Shown one piece after another: positions 1 to 7,191 of a stretch of DNA of 36,389 nt. The position numbers and the translations under genes were made by a program. The notes beneath the pieces were generated by a model. The model was not told the origin of the DNA. It did not search any database and saw only the letters and a program-made list of their open reading frames with translations. Origin of the DNA: Ignavibacteria bacterium (lineage in GTDB: Bacteria; Elusimicrobiota; Endomicrobiia; PHAN01); assembly GCA_041694835.1 (NCBI GenBank), contig JBGFRZ010000042.1, forward strand, positions 1 through 36,389. The letters run 5' to 3'. Each line of letters begins with the position of its first letter. The first letter of the stretch is position 1.

Positions 1-1
1 A

Positions 2-877
2 CGGCTGATGTGGTATCCTGCAAAAAGAGCCTTCAGAGCAGGTTTTGTTGCTACTACACAATGGGATGATGCAAATATCGGCACTTACTCAACCGCAATG
101 GGAGCGAACACAACCGCCAGCGGGGCCGCCTCAACCGCAATGGGAGATAACACAACAGCCAGCGGGCTTGGCTCAACCGCAATGGGAGTGCTCACAACAG
201 CCGGCGGGGTTAACTCAACCGCAATGGGAAGGGAAACAACCGCCAGCGGGGATTACTCAACCGCAATTGGTCAGTTTGTAACAGCAGGTCCTGCAGCTAA
301 TACTATTGCTATTGGTAAAGGTATTAGTGATGCGAGTCGTCTTACTAACAATACTGCAAAAACTTTTATGGTTGGGTTTGACAGAACCACACCGACACTT
401 ACGGTTTCATCATATAATGTGGTTATAGACGGTATTGCCGGAAATTCAGCAAACAACATTTTAGTCATTTCAACGGGCACAAAAAATATCGTTCGGATAG
501 ATGCGACGGGTAAGGGATTTTTTAATGGCGGTACTCAATCCGGCGGCGCCGACTACGCAGAATGGTTTGAGAAAGAGGAGAACGGCATAAATCCCGGCGA
601 TGTTGTCGGACTGAATGTTCAAACTGGTAAAGCAAGAAAATATGTTGTCGGTGATGTTATCGTAGGTATATGCTCGTCAAACCCGGGTTTTGTCGGTAAC
701 AGACCGATTGATAAATCTGACGAAGAGATGGAAAAGGACTTTGTTCTTGTCGGACTTGTCGGTCAACTTAACATTAACAAGGACCAGATAGATATAGTTG
801 GCAGAAAGGTTTCTACGAAAGACGGCAAACAACTCGGCTGGCTTTTGGCGAGCGGTAAAGTACTGATAAAAATGTAA
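2..877 (+). CDS. 5'-truncated surface adhesin/fibre-like protein with YadA-head-like 14-aa repeats and a C-terminal peptidase G2/intramolecular-chaperone-like domain
   Basis: Frame is open from the window edge (R-L-MWYPAKRAFRAG). Five STAMG/STAIG-x-T-x-ASG repeats. C-terminal ADYAEWFE...GDVVGL...VGLVGQL motif. Confidence 0.7.
   Translation, partial: RLMWYPAKRAFRAGFVATTQWDDANIGTYSTAMGANTTASGAASTAMGDNTTASGLGSTAMGVLTTAGGVNSTAMGRETTASGDYSTAIGQFVTAGPAANTIAIGKGISDASRLTNNTAKTFMVGFDRTTPTLTVSSYNVVIDGIAGNSANNILVISTGTKNIVRIDATGKGFFNGGTQSGGADYAEWFEKEENGINPGDVVGLNVQTGKARKYVVGDVIVGICSSNPGFVGNRPIDKSDEEMEKDFVLVGLVGQLNINKDQIDIVGRKVSTKDGKQLGWLLASGKVLIKM
88..270 (+). repeat. 42-nt coding tandem repeat (5 copies)
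   Basis: CTCAACCGCAAT core at 88, 130, 172, 214, 256 (exact 42-nt period), encoding the 14-aa STAMG repeats. Confidence 0.95.
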
Positions 878-984
878 GTGAGAAACCCGGTAAAAAACTA
901 CGCAATTTACGGTTAAGATATGTGAGAGTCTGCTTCAATTTTAATCGGAGCGACTAAACTCGAAGCATAACATGAAATAAATAG

Positions 985-1002
985 TCCCGATTAAAATCGG
1001 GA
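985..1002. repeat. REP-like palindrome TCCCGAT-N-ATCGGGA
   Basis: TCCCGATTAAAATCGGGA; same arms at 1744-1759 and 11693-11708. Confidence 0.7.
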
Positions 1003-1027
1003 TGAAAAGGATTTCATAGGGGATTTT

Positions 1028-1564
1028 ATGTATAAAAGAATCGGTTTAATTTTAAGTTTAATTTCCGTTACAGGAGTCGGCTTTGCCGTTGCCGTTGCAA
1101 TGACCGGCGGCGCTCTGTCGATATATTTCGGAAAGTTGGTAGGGATTTCTTCCCGCATTATCGGCGGCGAGTATGCCGCGGTGAGTTCTCTCGGCGAAAG
1201 TATCGGGACAACGAGAATGGCCGGCGGGGATTATGCGCTGGAGTCAACCGTCGGTGCATTCGCATCGGCGAAACTTGAAAACGATTTAACAAAAGCCCAT
1301 TGTTATCCGAATCCGTATAAACCGAATTCCGGTCTGGGGCATACAAAAATAACATTTTCCCGTCTAACAACGCATACGAAATTACGGGTGTATAGTATTG
1401 CCGGCGAACTTGTTCGCAGCACGGAAGAAGATACTCCGACGGGCGAGCTTTCATGGGATGTTGTCAACGACAGGGGAGAGAAACTGGCATCGGGGGTGTA
1501 TATCTATTTAATAACGGATAATTCCGGCAACAAAGCAAAGGGTAAGTTCGCAGTCATCAGGTAA
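1028..1564 (+). CDS. Secreted protein with T9SS type A sorting/FlgD-Ig-like C-terminal domain
   Basis: N-terminal signal peptide; YPNPYKP...LRVYSIAGELVR...WDVVNDRGEKLASGVYIYLI...KGKFAVIR. Confidence 0.8.
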   Translation: MYKRIGLILSLISVTGVGFAVAVAMTGGALSIYFGKLVGISSRIIGGEYAAVSSLGESIGTTRMAGGDYALESTVGAFASAKLENDLTKAHCYPNPYKPNSGLGHTKITFSRLTTHTKLRVYSIAGELVRSTEEDTPTGELSWDVVNDRGEKLASGVYIYLITDNSGNKAKGKFAVIR

Positions 1565-1660
1565 GCGAGTGAGCAATTAAGGGAGTAAGGGGGTTAGTGA
1601 AAAAACCACATAAAGTGAGTTGGATACACAAATTAAAGATATCCAAACGTTTAAATTTCA

Positions 1661-1838
1661 GGGTCTCCTCCATTTTTTGTTGTGCGTATAAAAACAAAGT
1701 GTTTGAGCGGGTTTAATCAAGTGTGAACGATTGATTACCTCGCTCCCGATTTATCGGGACGAGAATGAGCGAAAATACTTTGTTTTTAGGTATTGCAAAA
1801 TCCTTACCCAATGTTACAACAACATTTGGAGAAGAGCC
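1661..1838. mobile_element. MITE-like non-autonomous element (178 bp) with imperfect TIRs and 8-bp target site duplication
   Basis: Left end GGGTCTCCTCCATTTTTTGTTGT; reverse complement of right end GGCTCTTCTCCAAATGTTGTTGT; AAATTTCA directly flanks both ends (1653-1660 and 1839-1846); nested internal inverted repeats. Confidence 0.75.
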
Positions 1839-1931
1839 AAATTTCATATCTTCAGAGGATAATATATTTAAAAAAGTCGAAGAGGTCGGTATTTTTTTAT
1901 ATGGCTTAATAGGAAGCCGAAGGAGAAAGTC

Positions 1932-3266
1932 GTGAGAAATATTAAAATTTTTCTGTCGGTTTTGATTTTCACTTACTTCCTCACCTCCTTACTCGCTTAC
2001 TCGCTCTTTGCAAGAGGAGCAGGTACAACCACTGCATCGTTTCTGAAAATCGGCATAGGTGCAAAAAATATGGCGATGGGAGGCACGGGGGCGGTATCCG
2101 AAGATGTCAATTCAATTTACTGGAATCCCGCCGGTCTTGCGCATTTAAGCCGAGCCGAAATATCAGTTATGCATGCCATCTGGTTTCAGGACATAAATTA
2201 CGAACATTTGGCGATTGCGTATCCCGGTCGTTTCGGCACGATTGGAATCGGGGCGAATTATCTCTCAATGAAATCAATAGAAAAATACGATGTAAATGAT
2301 GTAAAGCTCAACGAAACCTACAAGCCGTACGATATGGCGGGAACGATTTCATATGCGCGGAAATTGCGGATTGCGGATTTCAGATTGCAAATGGGTGGAA
2401 ATATAAAATATATTTCTTCGAAATTGGAGAACGAATCTGATTGGGCAGTTGCGGTAGATATCGGCGGAATATACGATGAGTTAAAAGTTATGGGTAAAAA
2501 GTTAAAACTGGGGTTTGCGGTTCAAAACCTCGGGACGAAAATGAAGTTCGTTTCGGAGGAAGAATCGCTGCCTCTGAACATAAAAGCCGGATGTTCGTAT
2601 CCGGCCATCGTTTCGTCCGTTCATCGGTTGACCGTTGCCGTTGATGTTAATAAACCGTCCGACAACGATGTTTACGGAAATGTCGGAACCGAATATTTTT
2701 GCAAACTTTCACAAAATGCTTCCGTTGCGGCTCGTGTCGGATACAAAACGAATACGAAGGGCTACAATGCGATTGACGGTTTGTCCGCTGGTGCGGGATT
2801 TGTTTTTCAAAATTACGGGTTGGATTTCGCATGGGTGCCTTACGGTGATTTGGGCAATACATTTCGCTTCAGTTTAACGGCGTTATTAGGCAAGGCGAAA
2901 ACTGACGATGAGGCGGCGGCGAAACCGGCCACTCCACCCGCCGAAAATCGGTCCGAGCCGGTAAAAACGATTGAGCCGTTACTTCCCGTTAAAAAGCTGG
3001 AAAATTATATTGCCGGAAAAATTACAAGAGAAGGCGATAGGCCGATGTTTGAAACAGTTGTAAAAATTATGCGGGGAAATAACGAGTTGGCCCGGGTTTA
3101 TACCGACGACAACGGAAATTATCAAACCGACCTTTTACCGGTGGGAAAATATACCGTTAAAGTTTGGAAGTTCGGCTATATTGCCGAAGTGGTGGAAGTT
3201 GAAGTAAAAGAAGATCGTCCGGTAAAAGCCGACTTTAAACTTAAAAGAGAACTGAAAAAGAAGTAA
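1932..3266 (+). CDS. PorV/PorQ-family outer-membrane protein with C-terminal carboxypeptidase-regulatory-like domain
   Basis: AGGAG RBS, GTG start, signal peptide; FLKIGIGAKNMAMGG...SIYWNPAGLA motif; Pro-rich linker; then IAGKIT...TDDNGNY...GKYTVKVWKFGY. Confidence 0.8.
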   Translation: MRNIKIFLSVLIFTYFLTSLLAYSLFARGAGTTTASFLKIGIGAKNMAMGGTGAVSEDVNSIYWNPAGLAHLSRAEISVMHAIWFQDINYEHLAIAYPGRFGTIGIGANYLSMKSIEKYDVNDVKLNETYKPYDMAGTISYARKLRIADFRLQMGGNIKYISSKLENESDWAVAVDIGGIYDELKVMGKKLKLGFAVQNLGTKMKFVSEEESLPLNIKAGCSYPAIVSSVHRLTVAVDVNKPSDNDVYGNVGTEYFCKLSQNASVAARVGYKTNTKGYNAIDGLSAGAGFVFQNYGLDFAWVPYGDLGNTFRFSLTALLGKAKTDDEAAAKPATPPAENRSEPVKTIEPLLPVKKLENYIAGKITREGDRPMFETVVKIMRGNNELARVYTDDNGNYQTDLLPVGKYTVKVWKFGYIAEVVEVEVKEDRPVKADFKLKRELKKK

Positions 3267-3509
3267 TCCGAGAAAAGAACCGCGGTTTTAAAAAGTTGGG
3301 GGGTTTGGAAAAATTGGTAAAATAAGTTTGTTTAAAAACCCATCTTTTTCACTTAAAGGGCAGTTTCTTAACGGTTAAAAGTTTCAATCAGACCGCAAAA
3401 CTCCTCGCTTTGCTCGTCAGACATAAAAAAGTAAGAAAACCCGGTTACGGTATAAAGTAAGGAAAAGCCGGGGATTGAGGAAAAAAAAGAATCCCATTAT
3501 ACTAAATTT

Positions 3510-3536
3510 GGTGTCCAGTTTTTGGGGTACAGTCCA
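3510..3536. mobile_element. Orphan IS3-family (IS150-like) terminal inverted repeat
   Basis: Reverse complement TGGACTGTACCCCAAAAACTGGACACC has the TG start and CCCC-AAAAA-xTGGACA pattern of IS150-group ends; no transposase ORF is adjacent. Confidence 0.55.
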
Positions 3537-3638
3537 GTAGCCGCCAGATTGTAGATGGTGGGTGTTGAATAAGAGCACAAGGCACAAGGGCACAGGTTTT
3601 GACTAATGCACTTGTGTACTAATATCAGGAGGGTTGTC

Positions 3639-4049
3639 ATGAAAAGTAGATTTGTTGTAATGATGTTCTCGTTAGTCGCAGTCGCATTTTTAGGTTGTGC
3701 GCCCAAAGCCGAAGAAGCCGAGGTTCAAGAGGGTGTTCAACCAGCCGAAGTCGGAAGGGCTTTTACCGACGCCGACTTTATAGAATACAAGGCGCAAACA
3801 GCGGCTCTCTCGGCAATATACGAGAAAAAATCTCTCAAGTTGGGCGAAGAACTTGGAAAACTTCACGAAAAGTACGCGGGAATAGAAGAAAAATATGGTG
3901 AATGGGTTGCCAACTGGCAACAAAGAGCTATCGCCGAGCCCGAAACAGCAGGGAAACAATGGACTGAGATGATGAAACAAGTAGAAAAGCGCACATGCGG
4001 ATTAATATGCAAAGTAGACAAATCAAAATGCATAGTATGCAAAAAATGA
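3639..4049 (+). CDS. Hypothetical lipoprotein, helical, with Cys-rich C-terminal tail
   Basis: AGGAGG RBS before ATG 3639; MKSRFVVMMFSLVAVAFLGC lipobox; tail CGLICKVDKSKCIVCKK. Confidence 0.7.
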   Translation: MKSRFVVMMFSLVAVAFLGCAPKAEEAEVQEGVQPAEVGRAFTDADFIEYKAQTAALSAIYEKKSLKLGEELGKLHEKYAGIEEKYGEWVANWQQRAIAEPETAGKQWTEMMKQVEKRTCGLICKVDKSKCIVCKK

Positions 4050-4063
4050 AAAGGAGGGTTGTT

Positions 4064-4558
4064 ATGAAAAGCAGAACTGCCGTAATGATGTTTTTGTTAG
4101 TCGCAGTCACGTTTTTAGTCGGTTGTACAAGACCGGTGGTAAGACCCCCGGCGGTTGTTCAAGAAGCGCCAGTTGTAGAACCGGCCGCAGAAGTCAGGGC
4201 ATTTCCGCAGTTATTTGTGCCCGTGTTTCTTAAAGATCCGGCTACAACCAGGACACTTGATGTCGAGAGAATGAGTGTCGGAGCGTCCATCACCGTGCAT
4301 CTGCGCGCTTTGAGTCAGGATACTGCTACAAGAGGCGAATTGTTTACACTCCCCCCGGACGCAAGAGTGAACTGGAGAGCGACACCGGCCCCGCCGATGG
4401 GCGCCGAGTTAAGAATCACCCCGCTCGATAACCAATCGGCAAACATTGAAGTTGTCAGAGCGCCTCAAATTGAAATGCCAAGTTCAATCGGAGTCGTAGT
4501 TACTCTTGTGGACGGTACCACGAGAGAGGCGGCTTTTATAGTTGAGATTGCCAGATAG
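4064..4558 (+). CDS. Hypothetical lipoprotein (beta-rich mature domain)
   Basis: AGGAGG RBS before ATG 4064; MKSRTAVMMFLLVAVTFLVGC lipobox; Pro/Val/Ala linker. Confidence 0.7.
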   Translation: MKSRTAVMMFLLVAVTFLVGCTRPVVRPPAVVQEAPVVEPAAEVRAFPQLFVPVFLKDPATTRTLDVERMSVGASITVHLRALSQDTATRGELFTLPPDARVNWRATPAPPMGAELRITPLDNQSANIEVVRAPQIEMPSSIGVVVTLVDGTTREAAFIVEIAR

Positions 4559-4609
4559 TTAAACGAACAACCTTACCGCCGTTTAGCATAGCTCGGACTT
4601 TTCACAGGG

Positions 4610-4640
4610 TAGGGGGGAATTAATTCCCCCTATCGCTTTC
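4610..4640 (+). terminator. Hairpin, possible intrinsic terminator
   Basis: TAGGGGGGAATTAATTCCCCCTA followed by a weak T-rich tract, downstream of the lipoprotein pair. Confidence 0.4.
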
Positions 4641-4748
4641 TCTGAAGTCCTTGCTTTGATTATCTGCCACAAAAGACGATAGAAACATCGGGCGAAAAAG
4701 CAACAAGAAAGGAAATTTTTAACCACTGGTGTTTTCGATGGGGATATT

Positions 4749-5228
4749 ATGCTCGAACAAAAAGAGAAAATGACAATAATCCTTTTTTCGGGTGATCTGG
4801 ACAAAGCGATTGCAGCGTTCACACTTGCGACGACCGCTGCAGCGAGCAATATGGCTGTCTCTATATTTTTTACTTTTTGGGGACTTAATGTGTTGAAAAA
4901 ATCACGCTTTGCAACGACAAAATCGCAAAACATCCTTCAAAGAATGTTTAATTTTATGAGCACATCAAAACTTCCTATATCTAAACTGAACATTTTCGGA
5001 CTGGGCCCTGTGATGATGAAAATATTGATGAAAAAATCCAACATGGCGTCGCTCTCTGACCTAATGAAACTCTCACGACAATTGGGCGTAAAGTATATAG
5101 CGTGCACAACCAGTTGCGGAGTGCTCGGGCTTGACAGAGATGCTTTGATACCCGAAGTTTCCGAGTTTGCAGGTGCGTCGACATATCTCGCCGAAGCAAA
5201 AAATTCGAAAGTAAATCTTTTTATATAA
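4749..5228 (+). CDS. DsrE/DsrF/DrsH-like (DrsE_2) sulfur-relay family protein
   Basis: IILFSGDLDKAIAAF...IFFTFWGL...GVKYIACTTS...AGASTYL...NLFI. Confidence 0.9.
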   Translation: MLEQKEKMTIILFSGDLDKAIAAFTLATTAAASNMAVSIFFTFWGLNVLKKSRFATTKSQNILQRMFNFMSTSKLPISKLNIFGLGPVMMKILMKKSNMASLSDLMKLSRQLGVKYIACTTSCGVLGLDRDALIPEVSEFAGASTYLAEAKNSKVNLFI

Positions 5229-5233
5229 AAAAT

Positions 5234-5461
5234 ATGAAGGCGGATAGAACCATTGATTGTACCGGGCTATACTGTCCTATGCCCGTCGTGAAGACAAAAC
5301 TTGAACTTGAGAATATGCAATCCGGCGAAGTGCTTGAGGTACTTGCCGATGACCCCGGATTTGAAAAAGATCTCCCGAACTGGTGCGAACTCTCCGGTGA
5401 AAAGTTCCTCGGCATTTTCAAAGAGGGCAATAAACTCAAGGGCTATGTCAGAAAAAAATAA
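5234..5461 (+). CDS. tusA: Sulfurtransferase TusA family protein
   Basis: IDCTGLYCPMPVVKTK...GEVLEVLADDPG...DLPNWC. Confidence 0.85.
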   Translation: MKADRTIDCTGLYCPMPVVKTKLELENMQSGEVLEVLADDPGFEKDLPNWCELSGEKFLGIFKEGNKLKGYVRKK

Positions 5462-5906
5462 CTTAAAGAAATACACCAGGAAACGAAAATTCGCTCAAAC
5501 CCCCGAACCCGAATCTGCAACCACTGCGCAAACAACAAATCAAACTCCGATTTTTGTAATTCAAAAACACAACGCGTCGCATCTTCACTGGGACCTCCGT
5601 CTTGAAATAGACGGTGTGTTGAAGTCTTGGGCTATCCCAAAAGAACCCCCGACGACAGAAAATATCAAGCGACTCGCTATCCAAGTCGAAGACCATCCGC
5701 TTTCATACGCAAATTTTGAAGGCGTCATCCCGGAAGGAAATTACGGCGCAGGCACCGTCGAAATCTGGGATAAAGGCGAGATTTCATTTGAAAAAATTAA
5801 AGATAGGGAGATACTGCTCGAATTTTTTGGAAACAAACTTATTGGAAAATACGCACTAATAAATACAAACGGAAAAAACTGGCTATTTTTCAAGAGAAAA
5901 CAATAA
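5445..5906 (+). CDS. Stand-alone DNA ligase D 3'-phosphoesterase domain protein
   Basis: YTRKRKFAQTPEP, FVIQKHNASHLHWDLRLE, LKSWAIPK, RLAIQVEDHPLSYANFEG, GTVEIWDKG. Likely start is ATG 5445, overlapping the tusA end. Confidence 0.9.
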   Translation: MSEKNNLKKYTRKRKFAQTPEPESATTAQTTNQTPIFVIQKHNASHLHWDLRLEIDGVLKSWAIPKEPPTTENIKRLAIQVEDHPLSYANFEGVIPEGNYGAGTVEIWDKGEISFEKIKDREILLEFFGNKLIGKYALINTNGKNWLFFKRKQ

Positions 5907-5909
5907 ATG

Positions 5910-6004
5910 GGACGCGGATTTTCAGGATAAACGCAGATTAAATCACAAATCTTGTCTTTTCTGCGTTTATCCGCGTCCAATTAGATTTCTGTGTTCATCC
6001 GCGT
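5910..6004. repeat. Inverted ~9-mer-period repeat array forming a hairpin
   Basis: GGACGCGGATTTTCAGGATAAACGCAGA pairs with TCTGCGTTTATCCGCGTCC; a further degenerate right arm TCTGTGTTCATCCGCGT at 5988-6004. Confidence 0.75.
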
Positions 6005-6101
6005 GATAGATGTTTTTGGTTATTGAAACATAACCGCATAATTCGCTATGTTACCGATGATGTTAAAATTTCAAGCGAGCATGTATGTAAGGTAACAACT
6101 A

Positions 6102-7190
6102 ATGAAACTCTTACTTTTCGTTTTTATATCTTTGCTTGTTTTTTCTCCTTTAATTTTTTCCACTGAACAGGAAGCACCGACGAGAGAAGCGCTCTTCTAT
6201 CAGAAATTAAGAGGCGGCGCGGTCAAGTGTGAAATTTGTTTCAGAAAATGCGTGATATCAAGAGGCAGAAGGGGCTTTTGCAGAAACAAACAAAATGTGG
6301 GCGGAAAACTTGTAAACACAGTCCATAGCAGTCCGTCGGCGGTCCACATCGACCCCATCGAAAAAGAACCAATGCATCACTTTCTGCCTGGAAGCAATAT
6401 GCTTGCCGTCGGCACCGCCGGATGCAATTTCACATGCAGGCACTGCCAAAACTGGCATCTCTCTCAGAGTTCGGTTGAAGACCTCCAGACATACAAACTT
6501 TCCCCCGAAGAACTGGTAAGGATAGCGAAAAGAAAGGGATTGCCTACTATCTCATTTACTTACAACGAAGCAACATCTTTCTACGAATATGTGTACGATG
6601 TCGCAAAAATCGCAAAAAGGGAAGGGGTTAATATCATCTGGCACTCAAACGGCACAATGGCTCGAGAGCCACTTCTCGAACTACTTAAATATACGGACGG
6701 CGTGGCTGTCGACCTCAAGGGTTTTACCGCTCAATTTTACCGCGAGATTACTTCGGGAGAACTCGAACCAGTCCTTGAGACCTTAAAAACAATAAAAGAA
6801 AGCGGCGTCTGGCTTGAAATTGTTTATCTTGTCATAACGGACCACAACGATAATATGGAAGACATTAGAAAAATGTGTGTTTGGGTCAAGGAAAATCTTG
6901 GTCCCGATGTTCCACTCCACTTTTCAAGATTTTTTCCAAATTATCGTCTTACGAGTGTTGCCGCCACTTCGATTAAGACGCTTGAAGACGCTTACAAAAT
7001 AGCACGAGATATCGGAATAAATTATGTGAGTATCGGCAATGTTCCAGGGCACAAAAAAAATTCAACCTTCTGCCCTGAGTGCGACAGACGACTAATACAC
7101 AGAGTTCACTTTGGAATTTTGGAGAACAATATCAGAGACGGCAGATGCAGATTTTGCAAGCACACGATAGCAGGCGTTTGGGAGAAATAA
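6102..7190 (+). CDS. amrS: AmmeMemoRadiSam system radical SAM enzyme
   Basis: CEICFRKC...GFC, IDPIEKEP, GCNFTCRHCQNW (CxxxCxxC), TYNE, PLHFSRFFP, C-terminal CPEC...CRFC. Confidence 0.85.
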   Translation: MKLLLFVFISLLVFSPLIFSTEQEAPTREALFYQKLRGGAVKCEICFRKCVISRGRRGFCRNKQNVGGKLVNTVHSSPSAVHIDPIEKEPMHHFLPGSNMLAVGTAGCNFTCRHCQNWHLSQSSVEDLQTYKLSPEELVRIAKRKGLPTISFTYNEATSFYEYVYDVAKIAKREGVNIIWHSNGTMAREPLLELLKYTDGVAVDLKGFTAQFYREITSGELEPVLETLKTIKESGVWLEIVYLVITDHNDNMEDIRKMCVWVKENLGPDVPLHFSRFFPNYRLTSVAATSIKTLEDAYKIARDIGINYVSIGNVPGHKKNSTFCPECDRRLIHRVHFGILENNIRDGRCRFCKHTIAGVWEK

Positions 7191-7191
7191 T

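Noticed and set aside
88-270. Regular repeat with variable intervening bases, superficially CRISPR-like
   Set aside because: The 42-nt period is in frame with 14-aa adhesin repeats, the 'spacers' are homologous to each other, and there are no cas genes.
5301-5444. N-terminal extension of the LigD-PE ORF
   Set aside because: It overlaps tusA in another frame; family similarity begins after ATG 5445.
6005-6101. Possible riboswitch upstream of the radical SAM gene
   Set aside because: Only short hairpins and a TGnTAAAAT element; no SAM or other aptamer consensus is recognisable by eye.
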